A DNA stretch of 10,721 nt from a virus (lineage: Duplodnaviria > Heunggongvirae > Uroviricota > Caudoviricetes). The notes under the pieces are model-generated. The model was given only the letters and a program-made list of their open reading frames with translations, had not been told where the DNA came from and did no database searches. Below, in pieces: positions 1-6,526 of this stretch (position 1 is the first letter of the stretch; each line of letters starts with the position of its first letter). Position numbers and translations under genes: made by a program. The stretch spans positions 1 through 10,721 of the IMG/VR virus record IMGVR_UViG_3300044451_000174, one strand, 5' to 3'.

Positions 1-1
1 C

Positions 2-139
2 CGGCGCGGGTGGCGGGTGTTCGGCGTCCAGAAGCCCGAACACACCCACACCGAAGCGACGATCTTCCTGAAGTGGGACAGCTTGCTGTCTCTGGTGTTG
101 CTGGCCGACGACCTCATCAAGCAGTACGAGGGTAAGTGA
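2..139 (+). CDS. 3' end of hypothetical protein (starts before the window)
   Basis: Frame 2 is open from the window edge (RRGWRVFGVQKPEHTHTEATIFLKWDSLL...QYEGK) to TGA 137-139, which overlaps the next ATG. Confidence 0.7.
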   Translation, partial: RRGWRVFGVQKPEHTHTEATIFLKWDSLLSLVLLADDLIKQYEGK

Positions 140-525
140 TGTTCACGAGCGACGACGCAACGACGGTTTCGACCTACTTCGCGGCGTTCAAGAACACGCC
201 GCCCGTCATCCTCGACGTAGGGCAGAACACCGCCCAAGAAGCGTACATCCTCATCGACGGGTGCGGCTTGTCCATCGGCAAGCACCTTCGGCCGGCGCAA
301 CAGGTGATCTCCAAGCGGTTCGTTCCGGGCTACGTCTACCTCGTGTACGACCACAACGGCGAGGATGACGGCAACGAGTACAAGGATTTCGGCAGCGCGA
401 TCAAGGCGGCAATGCTCGCCTACGCCGCCGAGATGTTCCGCCGCACCAACGACCAGTTGGCAACCGCCGCGCAAGCGGCCGACTTCGCCCTCGACAAGCA
501 AACCCTCAAGGGAGACGGGCAGTGA
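139..525 (+). CDS. hypothetical protein (128 aa)
   Basis: ORF track 136..525; ATG 139 overlaps the upstream stop (TGATG); codon usage matches neighbours. Confidence 0.8.
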   Translation: MFTSDDATTVSTYFAAFKNTPPVILDVGQNTAQEAYILIDGCGLSIGKHLRPAQQVISKRFVPGYVYLVYDHNGEDDGNEYKDFGSAIKAAMLAYAAEMFRRTNDQLATAAQAADFALDKQTLKGDGQ

Positions 526-719
526 CAATCGGCAAGATCAGCAAAGGCACCGTCACGATTGACGGTGTTCTTTACAAGGCGTTCGAGAACAGCTTTAATC
601 GCCTCTGGTACGTCGTCAGAGGCACGAAGTCGAGCGACCCGACCGAAGCCCACTCCATCCGGGCGACGAGCGGGAAGAAGGCTCTGGAGCAGTGGATTGC
701 CACGCTCCAGAAAAGTTAG
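522..719 (+). CDS. hypothetical protein (65 aa)
   Basis: GTGA overlap with the upstream gene; TAG 717-719 abuts repeat element copy 1. Confidence 0.75.
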   Translation: MTIGKISKGTVTIDGVLYKAFENSFNRLWYVVRGTKSSDPTEAHSIRATSGKKALEQWIATLQKS

Positions 720-767
720 CGCAATTTCGGAGACTGCGAACGCGGCGGTGTGTAGTGGTGTCAACCC
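720..767 (+). promoter_or_regulatory. intergenic repeat element, copy 1 (CGCAATTT type, no long hairpin)
   Basis: cgcaatttcggagac-N16-tgtag with the same spacing as other copies; follows TAG directly; GGAG RBS and ATG 790 downstream. Confidence 0.8.
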
Positions 768-789
768 ATCACCCTTCGGAGACACGACG

Positions 790-1515
790 ATGGCCACCCA
801 ACACACCGCCGCTTCGCTGGCCTTCGACATCATCGGCCGCAACAAGGACAAGATTCAGGGCGTGAAGTACGCCCCGCGCGGCGACAAGGCCGAAGCGGTT
901 CGCCGGTTCATGGGCCGCGCCGTCACCGCCGAAATCTTCATCTCCGAGAAGCAGGCCGAGTTCCTCGGCAACCTGATCGGTGACGCGGGCGTCATCACCC
1001 ACGGCACCGGCGACCAGAAGTTCGGCGCGTTCGTCAAGGACATCTACAGCGAGTCGAAAGGCCGCACCTACTACCTGCTCACCTTCTGCGGCTTCGTCCC
1101 GCAACCCGAAGAAGCCGCCCCGATGACGCGGGACGAAGTCGCGGACATGCACGCCGACGCGGAGACGGCCCAACAGAAGGCCGACGATTTCGCCGCCTCG
1201 CTCATCCGCCGGGCGATGGAACAGAACCGCGTCCAGTTCGAGAAGCACGACGACGAGTTCGCGATGACGTGGTTGAGCAAGGCTCAGGCCGACGCCCTCA
1301 CCGCGAACCTCAAGGGCGCGGTCAAGCCGGACGGCTCGTTCATCACGCAGGCGTGCGGGTGCTTCTGCTACTGGGGCAAGAAGCGGACGATGAACGGGGC
1401 CATGCTGCTCTGCTGGATGGGCGAACCGGAAGACGCGCCGGTTGTCGAAGCCGCCCCGAAGGGTATCATCCCGGCCGGCAAGCGGATTCCCCTCGACCCG
1501 GCCATCCCCTTCTGA
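790..1515 (+). CDS. hypothetical protein (241 aa) ending in IPF
   Basis: ATG 790 follows a GGAG RBS; the track start at 559 would run through the upstream gene and the element. Confidence 0.85.
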   Translation: MATQHTAASLAFDIIGRNKDKIQGVKYAPRGDKAEAVRRFMGRAVTAEIFISEKQAEFLGNLIGDAGVITHGTGDQKFGAFVKDIYSESKGRTYYLLTFCGFVPQPEEAAPMTRDEVADMHADAETAQQKADDFAASLIRRAMEQNRVQFEKHDDEFAMTWLSKAQADALTANLKGAVKPDGSFITQACGCFCYWGKKRTMNGAMLLCWMGEPEDAPVVEAAPKGIIPAGKRIPLDPAIPF

Positions 1516-1521
1516 TCGAAA

Positions 1522-1563
1522 ACAAGACGCAATCTCGGAGACAACCGAGATTGCGTCTTGTGG
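1522..1563 (+). repeat. element copy 2 variant inside a perfect 17-bp inverted repeat
   Basis: acaagacgcaatctcgg (1522-1538), loop agacaa, ccgagattgcgtcttgt (1545-1561); contains cgcaatctcggagac-N16-tgtgg. Confidence 0.85.
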
Positions 1564-1578
1564 CACTAGGAGCTACCT

Positions 1579-1816
1579 ATGTCACCCGAACTGCTCGAAA
1601 ACGGCGGCATCAGAATCACCCTGCGGGCGCACGTCGTCTGCGGCCACTGTACAGAGTGTGCCGACTACAACCGCGAGGACACGCGAGAGCCGGGCATGTT
1701 CGGCCCGGAAGCTCAAGCCCACTTCGAGGAAGCCGGCTGGAGCTTCCTCGCTGGTCACAAACAAGGTGCGTTGCCCGACCTGCGTCAACATGAGAAGGAA
1801 GGCGAAGCGAAAATGA
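1579..1816 (+). pseudogene. small Zn-binding protein (CxxC...GW...CPxC), frameshifted as sequenced
   Basis: N-terminal CGHC is in the 1579 frame. VRCPTCVNMRRKAKRK-stop is in the +1 frame, and its TGA overlaps ATG 1813. Removing one A at 1759-1761 restores one ORF. Confidence 0.65.
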
Positions 1817-2202
1817 AACTGATCTACTTCAACCTGCACAAACGCGGCTGGTCCATCAAGAACCCCCAGACGGGGCTTGTGGAGAACAAGCAGGATCTCA
1901 AGACCTTCGTTCTCCTCAAGGGTGTAACGTTCAAGGTCAACGAGCGGGCGCGGCAGCGGGTGATTGCCGAGAAGCGGAAGAACGTTCACGCTTTCGCATG
2001 CGGCGAGATCGCCGGCTTCGAGCCGAGTCTGGAGTTCCTCGACGCAGTCACCCCGGTGACCTACAACCCGTACAAGGCGGGACACTTCGTCCGCAAAGAC
2101 GAGGGTCACGAAGGCGAAGCGGTTCACCAGTGCCGGCTGCTGATCATGGGTACGAAGGAGATCGATGGCAAGCGGGTTCCACAACTCTTCGCAGCACTGT
2201 GA
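1813..2202 (+). CDS. phage-type hypothetical protein (YFNLHK...RKNVHAF...YNPYK motifs)
   Basis: Internal ATG with a purine-rich upstream region and an ATGA overlap; the motif string is recalled from uncharacterised phage proteins. Confidence 0.8.
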   Translation: MKLIYFNLHKRGWSIKNPQTGLVENKQDLKTFVLLKGVTFKVNERARQRVIAEKRKNVHAFACGEIAGFEPSLEFLDAVTPVTYNPYKAGHFVRKDEGHEGEAVHQCRLLIMGTKEIDGKRVPQLFAAL

Positions 2203-2211
2203 GGATCTCGA

Positions 2212-2406
2212 ATGACGTGGGAAGAGATCAAACGCGACTGGGACGAAGGCGAGCGGCGAGACGCTCGTGAGGACTGGGAAATGCGGTTGGAGGCCAGTCG
2301 CGGGGACTGGTTTCCGAGGACCAAGCAAGAAGAGATCGAGTTCTGTTGGCGCTGGTACGACCACGCCGACAGGCCGATTGGCCAACGTTCGGGGAGAAGG
2401 CGATGA
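2212..2406 (+). CDS. hypothetical protein (64 aa, W/E/R-rich)
   Basis: ORF track; ATGA overlap with the next gene. Confidence 0.7.
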   Translation: MTWEEIKRDWDEGERRDAREDWEMRLEASRGDWFPRTKQEEIEFCWRWYDHADRPIGQRSGRRR

Positions 2407-2580
2407 AGGCGGCGTGTTGCAGCGTCTGCGGCCGGCTGACCGCAGAAGGCGATTACGGGAAGCTCCTGATCGCGGTGGCCGACCGTCACCGCAACAAGGC
2501 GGATCAGGAACCTGTTCGTCTCGGAGTGCAACGACGGCGCGGACCACGTTCTGACCATCGTGGAAGCCCCGCTGAAATGA
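2403..2580 (+). pseudogene. small Cys-containing protein, frameshifted as sequenced
   Basis: MKAACCSVCGR... from ATG 2403. The +1 frame reads RIRNLFVSECNDGADHVLTIVEAPLK and stops at TGA 2578-2580, next to element copy 3. The unshifted frame reads through the element. Confidence 0.55.
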
Positions 2581-2581
2581 G

Positions 2582-2628
2582 CGCAATTTCGGAGACTCGC
2601 GAACGACGTGCGTGTAGGCTTGTAACCC
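2582..2628 (+). promoter_or_regulatory. intergenic repeat element, copy 3 (CGCAATTT type)
   Basis: cgcaatttcggagac-N16-tgtag; TGA 1 nt upstream; GGAG RBS and ATG 2642 downstream. Confidence 0.8.
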
Positions 2629-2641
2629 ACTGGAGCTTAAC

Positions 2642-2815
2642 ATGCACGTCGTTCACGCCCCCAAGAGCAAAGAAATCAAGTTCACGGTTTCCACCCCCAA
2701 GAACGTGCCGACCGGCCACACGCAGCACCGCAGCGGCGGCGGCAAACACGGCGACCGCCGCACCAAACGCCTCAACACGCGGGCCGCGCGGTTCAACGCG
2801 GCCACGAAGGAGTAA
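2642..2815 (+). CDS. small basic hypothetical protein (57 aa), not in the ORF track
   Basis: GGAG RBS; MHVVHAPKSKEIKFTVSTPKNVPTGHTQHRSGGGKHGDRRTKRLNTRAARFNAATKE, TAA 2813-2815. Confidence 0.75.
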   Translation: MHVVHAPKSKEIKFTVSTPKNVPTGHTQHRSGGGKHGDRRTKRLNTRAARFNAATKE

Positions 2816-2816
2816 C

Positions 2817-3007
2817 ATGGACCCCATTACGAAGTCAAGGTGAACCGGGGCGACAACTACCGCCACAACTACGAACTGACCGGCTACACCGTGCCGAGCT
2901 TCGAGGAGTTGGAGAAGCGGATGAAGCTGAACCTCGAAAACGAGATTCGGCACGCGACCGCCGAAGTGAGCCGGGTAACGAAGCGAATCGACGCCGCGAA
3001 AGCTTGA
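2817..3007 (+). pseudogene. hypothetical protein, frameshifted as sequenced (or GTG start at 2840)
   Basis: The AAGGAG RBS and ATG 2817 give only MDPITKSR. One extra C in the CCCC run at 2822-2825 gives MDPHYEVKVNRG...KRIDAAKA ending at TGA 3005-3007. Confidence 0.6.
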
Positions 3008-3017
3008 CCCCAACCCC

Positions 3018-3043
3018 GACAACCCGGTTCGCGCCGGGTTGTC
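3018..3043. repeat. 10-bp hairpin sharing the outer stem of the element
   Basis: gacaacccgg-ttcgcg-ccgggttgtc; intergenic, upstream of a GGAG RBS. Confidence 0.8.
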
Positions 3044-3061
3044 CCCCAACCGGAGAGCGAC

Positions 3062-3349
3062 ATGCCCGCGAAGAAGATGGTAAAGCGTGCGAACGTGGAC
3101 TACAAGTTCTTGGTGATCGGGCCGTTCTGCTTCGGCAAGGCCGACACCGAGAAGCAAGCCATCGCCAACGCCAAGAAGAACGCGCCGAGCAGCGAGAAGT
3201 TCGGGAACTACAGCGTGTACCTCGTTCCCCCGGACACCGGCGTTGACGGCCTCGGCCGCATCATCTGGAAGGAAGGCACCGCGAACCCCATCATCCTCTA
3301 CAAGAAGATGAAGGACGGCAAAGAGCAACCCATTACCGAAAGCATGTGA
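3062..3349 (+). CDS. hypothetical protein (95 aa)
   Basis: ORF track; GGAG RBS; typical codon usage. Confidence 0.8.
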   Translation: MPAKKMVKRANVDYKFLVIGPFCFGKADTEKQAIANAKKNAPSSEKFGNYSVYLVPPDTGVDGLGRIIWKEGTANPIILYKKMKDGKEQPITESM

Positions 3350-3352
3350 CCC

Positions 3353-3595
3353 ATGTACGTCTGGATTCTCAAGTTGTGGAACAAAAACAAGATCGAATCG
3401 ACGGTCATTCACGGCGTATACGACAGCCTAGACGCCATCGTGATGTTCTTCACCTCTCGCGGTTACGATTTGGTTGTGGCGTCTGTGGTCAACGAAGACG
3501 TGCATTTTGAGTTCGCGGGCCACGGCGAAACGGCAAAGTACATCGCAGAGCGGCGCGGCTTGGCGACCGTCGCCAGTTGCCAAAAGAAAGACTGA
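3353..3595 (+). CDS. hypothetical protein (80 aa)
   Basis: ORF track; TGA abuts element copy 4. Confidence 0.7.
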   Translation: MYVWILKLWNKNKIESTVIHGVYDSLDAIVMFFTSRGYDLVVASVVNEDVHFEFAGHGETAKYIAERRGLATVASCQKKD

Positions 3596-3644
3596 CGCAA
3601 AACCGAAGACAACCCTATGCCGTGCGTGTAGGGTTGTCTCGCCC
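3596..3644 (+). promoter_or_regulatory. intergenic repeat element, copy 4 (CGCAAAAC type, hairpin)
   Basis: cgcaaaaccgaagacaaccctatgc-cgtgc-gtgtagggttgtct; 14-bp stem with two G-U pairs. Confidence 0.85.
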
Positions 3645-3666
3645 ATTTCGCACTCGGAGCAACGCG

Positions 3667-3951
3667 ATGCCGTTCGTCAAGATCAGCAAGGCCGAGGCCA
3701 AGAAGCGGTTCGCCAAGAACGAAGCCATCTTCCTCTGCCCCTGCAAGCTCGCCCCGGACGGCCCCTTCAGCAGCGCGGCCCTCGTCTACGGCAAGGAATA
3801 CTTGGAGAAGGCCGAGATGTACCGCACGCACGAAACGCTCTGGAAGGGGAGCATCGAGGCGACCGCGTGGGACTTGATGTTCAACAACTGGAAGCACTAC
3901 AACGCGAGCTACGAGTGCGGCTATTACCCCACCTACTACATCCAGAAGTGA
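3667..3951 (+). CDS. hypothetical protein (94 aa)
   Basis: ATG 3667 follows a GGAG RBS after element copy 4. Confidence 0.8.
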   Translation: MPFVKISKAEAKKRFAKNEAIFLCPCKLAPDGPFSSAALVYGKEYLEKAEMYRTHETLWKGSIEATAWDLMFNNWKHYNASYECGYYPTYYIQK

Positions 3952-3958
3952 GGACGAC

Positions 3959-4165
3959 ATGAAGGCCGGCGACTCTGTCCGCACGAAGAACATCATGTTC
4001 TTCGTTGAGGCGACCAACCCCGACACGGGCGCGGAGATCGAAACGCAGTTCCCCCGGTGGCACCGGCTACAAGTGCTGTCGGTCAACCAAGCGGAACGCG
4101 AGGTCACGGTTTCGCTCCCCGATGGGTTCGAGGCGGTGTTGAGCTTCGATGACGTGGAAGTGTGA
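3959..4165 (+). CDS. hypothetical protein (68 aa), possibly a small SH3-like beta barrel
   Basis: GAGG RBS; the KAGDSV start and alternating beta-strand pattern suggest the fold (inference only). Confidence 0.75.
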   Translation: MKAGDSVRTKNIMFFVEATNPDTGAEIETQFPRWHRLQVLSVNQAEREVTVSLPDGFEAVLSFDDVEV

Positions 4166-4188
4166 CGCAACAACCTCAAGGTGCCACG

Positions 4189-4404
4189 ATGTTCACGAAG
4201 TGCTTGGTCAACCTGCAAGACGTGTGTGAGCCGGGCGGCAGCGGCCGACTCTGGTACTGGGCGTTCGAGGACAAGGACGGCAAGGTGTTTCACCGCCCGC
4301 TCACCCTCGGCGCGGTGTTGGATCTCGCGGCCGACCTGATGCCGCAAGAGTGGGCGATGCTGCAACGGGCGATGAAGGAACCCGGAACTTGGGTCGGGAA
4401 CTGA
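4189..4404 (+). CDS. hypothetical protein (71 aa; alternative GTG start at 4162)
   Basis: AAGGTG RBS before ATG 4189; stop is 2 nt before element copy 5. Confidence 0.7.
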   Translation: MFTKCLVNLQDVCEPGGSGRLWYWAFEDKDGKVFHRPLTLGAVLDLAADLMPQEWAMLQRAMKEPGTWVGN

Positions 4405-4406
4405 GG

Positions 4407-4454
4407 CGCAAAACCGGAGACAACTCTACACCGCCCTTGTAGGGTTGTCAGCCC
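4407..4454 (+). promoter_or_regulatory. intergenic repeat element, copy 5 (hairpin)
   Basis: cgcaaaaccggagacaactctaca-ccgccct-tgtagggttgtc; 12-bp stem with one U-G pair. Confidence 0.85.
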
Positions 4455-4477
4455 ATCACCCGCTACTGGAGAACGCG

Positions 4478-4684
4478 ATGAAGATTCGCACGCTCATCAA
4501 GGCCGGCGACCGCGTCACCATCAAGAACCGCTTCGGCCAAGAGAAGACGGGCAAGGCCGTGATGCCGAGCGGCGAAGGTGGGTGGGTGCTGAACATGGGT
4601 GGCGCTCACGGCACGCCCGGCCTCGCCACCGACGACAACGTGACCAAGATCAAAGGCAAACCCTTCAACAAGGAACAATCGTGA
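4478..4684 (+). CDS. hypothetical protein (68 aa), possibly SH3/KOW-like
   Basis: GGAG RBS before ATG 4478; IKAGDRVTI motif. Confidence 0.8.
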   Translation: MKIRTLIKAGDRVTIKNRFGQEKTGKAVMPSGEGGWVLNMGGAHGTPGLATDDNVTKIKGKPFNKEQS

Positions 4685-4791
4685 CCAAGTGCAACATCGG
4701 CATTACCGTACTCGTACTCACACGGCAAGTCACCGACCTGAAGCGGCGGAAGGCCGAAGCGGACGAACTCCGCAAACAACGCGGTTGGTGA
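4681..4791 (+). CDS. small hypothetical protein (36 aa)
   Basis: GTGA overlap preceded by AAGGA; stop is 2 nt before element copy 6. Confidence 0.55.
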   Translation: MTKCNIGITVLVLTRQVTDLKRRKAEADELRKQRGW

Positions 4792-4793
4792 TG

Positions 4794-4841
4794 CGCAAAA
4801 CCGGAGACAACCCTACACCGCCCTTGTAGGGTTGTCTCCCC
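4794..4841 (+). promoter_or_regulatory. intergenic repeat element, copy 6 (perfect 15-bp hairpin)
   Basis: ggagacaaccctaca (4803-4817), loop ccgccct, tgtagggttgtctcc (4825-4839). Confidence 0.9.
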
Positions 4842-4860
4842 CAACCATTCGAGGTGCAGA

Positions 4861-5037
4861 ATGACCACGACGGACATCGTTAACGCCGCCGCGAACGCGA
4901 TGGCGAACCTGCAACTCTTCGGCAACCTCGGCCCGGCCGTTCGACTGGAAATGTGCCACATCCTGAAGTGCAACCCGGCCGACCTCGACGCCGCGCTGAA
5001 CGACGAAGACACGATGCTCGCGTGCCTCGGTTACTGA
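4861..5037 (+). CDS. hypothetical protein (58 aa), not in the ORF track
   Basis: GAGGT RBS; MTTTDIVNAAANAMANLQLFGNLGPAVRLEMCHILKCNPADLDAALNDEDTMLACLGY. Confidence 0.75.
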   Translation: MTTTDIVNAAANAMANLQLFGNLGPAVRLEMCHILKCNPADLDAALNDEDTMLACLGY

Positions 5038-5062
5038 ACCCCCACCTCGAACCCACAGGACT

Positions 5063-5290
5063 ATGGAAAACGTCATCACCTCCGGTCCCGCCGCAACGCC
5101 CGGCGACGGCATCTATGGGCAAGCTCGCGGGCTGCGGCTCACCACCGACGAGCAGGCGATGCTCGCGGACATGAAACAACACTACGGCGAGAAGAACGCC
5201 AGTCAGGTTCTCCGCATCGCCCTGCGGCACCTGTACGACTCGGTCACCGCGCCCTCGCCCGTTGCCGCACCCGAACCCGCAATTTCCTGA
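5063..5290 (+). CDS. putative ribbon-helix-helix (CopG/Arc-like) DNA-binding protein
   Basis: RGLRL strand, helix TDEQAMLADMKQHYG, then helix NASQVLRIALRHLY fit the RHH pattern; AGGA RBS. Confidence 0.6.
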   Translation: MENVITSGPAATPGDGIYGQARGLRLTTDEQAMLADMKQHYGEKNASQVLRIALRHLYDSVTAPSPVAAPEPAIS

Positions 5291-5291
5291 A

Positions 5292-5340
5292 CGCAAAACC
5301 GGAGACAACCCTACGCCGAGTGTGTAGGGTTGTCTCGCCC
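5292..5340 (+). promoter_or_regulatory. intergenic repeat element, copy 7 (hairpin)
   Basis: cgcaaaaccggagacaaccctacgc-cgagt-gtgtagggttgtctc; 15-bp stem with one G-U pair. Confidence 0.9.
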
Positions 5341-5360
5341 ATCCCGAACTGGAGCTTGCG

Positions 5361-5840
5361 ATGCCGACGACCTCCGAAACGATCTTCAACACGGTGTTCT
5401 ACGCGACCGAACACACCGAACGCCCGCAGGCCGTTCTCGACTACTTCAAGGCCAACGACGGCAAGCGGCTGACCGCGCCCTACCTCAAGAAGATGTCGGA
5501 AACGCTCGGCTTCGAGGTCACGACGCACGCCCGCGCCAGCATGACCTACGTCAGCTTCCAGAACGGCGACCAGAAAACGGACATGATCATCGCCTACGCC
5601 CTCAAGAACATCGTCGTTGACGCGAAGTTCTTCGAGGAGTACAACCCGGCTCACCTCGACGCGGCCGTCAAGCGGAACATCGCCCGCGCCGCCGTCCTCA
5701 GCAACCAAGCCTCCATTGACGAACTCGCGGCTGCCATCGAAGGGTTCAAGGCTGCCGAAGCTCGCCTGAAGGCCGCGTTCGAGCCGTTCGGTCACGACCG
5801 CTACACCATCGAACGGAACTTTGACCTCAACAAAAACTGA
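5361..5840 (+). CDS. hypothetical protein (159 aa)
   Basis: ORF track; GGAG RBS; TGA abuts element copy 8. Confidence 0.85.
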   Translation: MPTTSETIFNTVFYATEHTERPQAVLDYFKANDGKRLTAPYLKKMSETLGFEVTTHARASMTYVSFQNGDQKTDMIIAYALKNIVVDAKFFEEYNPAHLDAAVKRNIARAAVLSNQASIDELAAAIEGFKAAEARLKAAFEPFGHDRYTIERNFDLNKN

Positions 5841-5888
5841 CGCAAAACCGGAGACAACCCTAAACCGAGCGTTTAGGGTTGTCTCCCC
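5841..5888 (+). promoter_or_regulatory. intergenic repeat element, copy 8 (perfect 16-bp hairpin)
   Basis: ggagacaaccctaaac (5850-5865), loop cgagc, gtttagggttgtctcc (5871-5886). Confidence 0.9.
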
Positions 5889-5908
5889 CACCCGAATTGG
5901 AGGTTGTC

Positions 5909-6091
5909 ATGCTGATGGCAGAACAGCTCGCGCTGGCTTGGATGGACGGCGAGTACAGCCTGATGGCGAACTTGCTGCGTGAGTTGGACACGCCGCGAGC
6001 GTTCCGCATGGGCGTGCGTGTCTACACGATGATCGAAGCCCAGTGGGGCAACGGCGCGGACTTCCTCAAGTGGCTCGAAGAGAACATCTAG
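5909..6091 (+). CDS. hypothetical protein (60 aa)
   Basis: GGAGG RBS before ATG 5909; TAG stop. Confidence 0.7.
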   Translation: MLMAEQLALAWMDGEYSLMANLLRELDTPRAFRMGVRVYTMIEAQWGNGADFLKWLEENI

Positions 6092-6139
6092 AACTTCGAG
6101 GTCGTCAAGGCCGGCAACGAAGCTGTGGCCGATCACGAC

Positions 6140-6266
6140 AATCGCATAGGATCGCTTCCAAGCCCGGATCGGCGACCCATCGCCCTTCCGGGCTTCTTTC
6201 GTTTCAACGCCCTTCTAGGGCTGTGCAAGGAGATCGCAATGGACATCAACGAAGCTAAGGCGAACG
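6140..6266 (+). repeat. 127-bp exact direct repeat, copy A
   Basis: Identical base for base to 7274-7400 (offset 1134). Confidence 0.97.
6160..6205 (+). terminator. probable intrinsic terminator (in repeat copy A)
   Basis: aagcccgga/tccgggctt stem with inner ggcga/tcgcc, followed by T-rich ctttcgtttc. Confidence 0.6.
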
Positions 6267-6361
6267 CGGGCGAAGCGGTCGATGAGGCGATCAACGACAC
6301 GCTCGGCAGCGGCGTGATGAAAGTCGAAGTGGTCAAAGCCGAAGTCACCGACAGCAAGTGA
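6239..6361 (+). CDS. small hypothetical protein (40 aa, starts MDINEAKAN)
   Basis: AAGGAG RBS at 6227-6232; ATG 6239. Confidence 0.65.
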   Translation: MDINEAKANAGEAVDEAINDTLGSGVMKVEVVKAEVTDSK

Positions 6362-6418
6362 AACAACAACCGCGCAGGAGTAGCTGCGAGCTACTTCCGC
6401 GCGAGGAGATAGCCCCCG

Positions 6419-6448
6419 ATGCGAGAATACCCGACAGGCTTCATATAG
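6419..6448 (+). CDS. candidate mini-ORF MREYPTGFI
   Basis: AGGAG at 6404-6408; shares the Y-x-x-G-F-I-stop ending with 6527-6550. Confidence 0.35.
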   Translation: MREYPTGFI

Positions 6449-6526
6449 CCCCGGCCCATGCTGACGTGACCAGCACGACCTGAGCCGCAGTCGCTAAACC
6501 GGCTCGCCACCCGCACGGAGCAGAAC

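Noticed and set aside
1579-2202. Single 207-aa protein from the ORF track
   Set aside because: Better explained as two genes joined by a one-base frameshift, given the CPTC motif and ATGA overlap in the +1 frame and the internal start at 1813.
3596-5888. Canonical integron attC sites
   Set aside because: The AAC/GTT inverted core is present, but the palindrome is only about 35 bp, lacks the R/L box layout and extrahelical bases, and no IntI is in the window. Kept only as an analogy.
6089-6091. Stop-codon reassignment (TAG read as sense)
   Set aside because: There is only one suggestive case. TAG 717-719 is a clear stop abutting an element, and the other genes are not fragmented under code 11.
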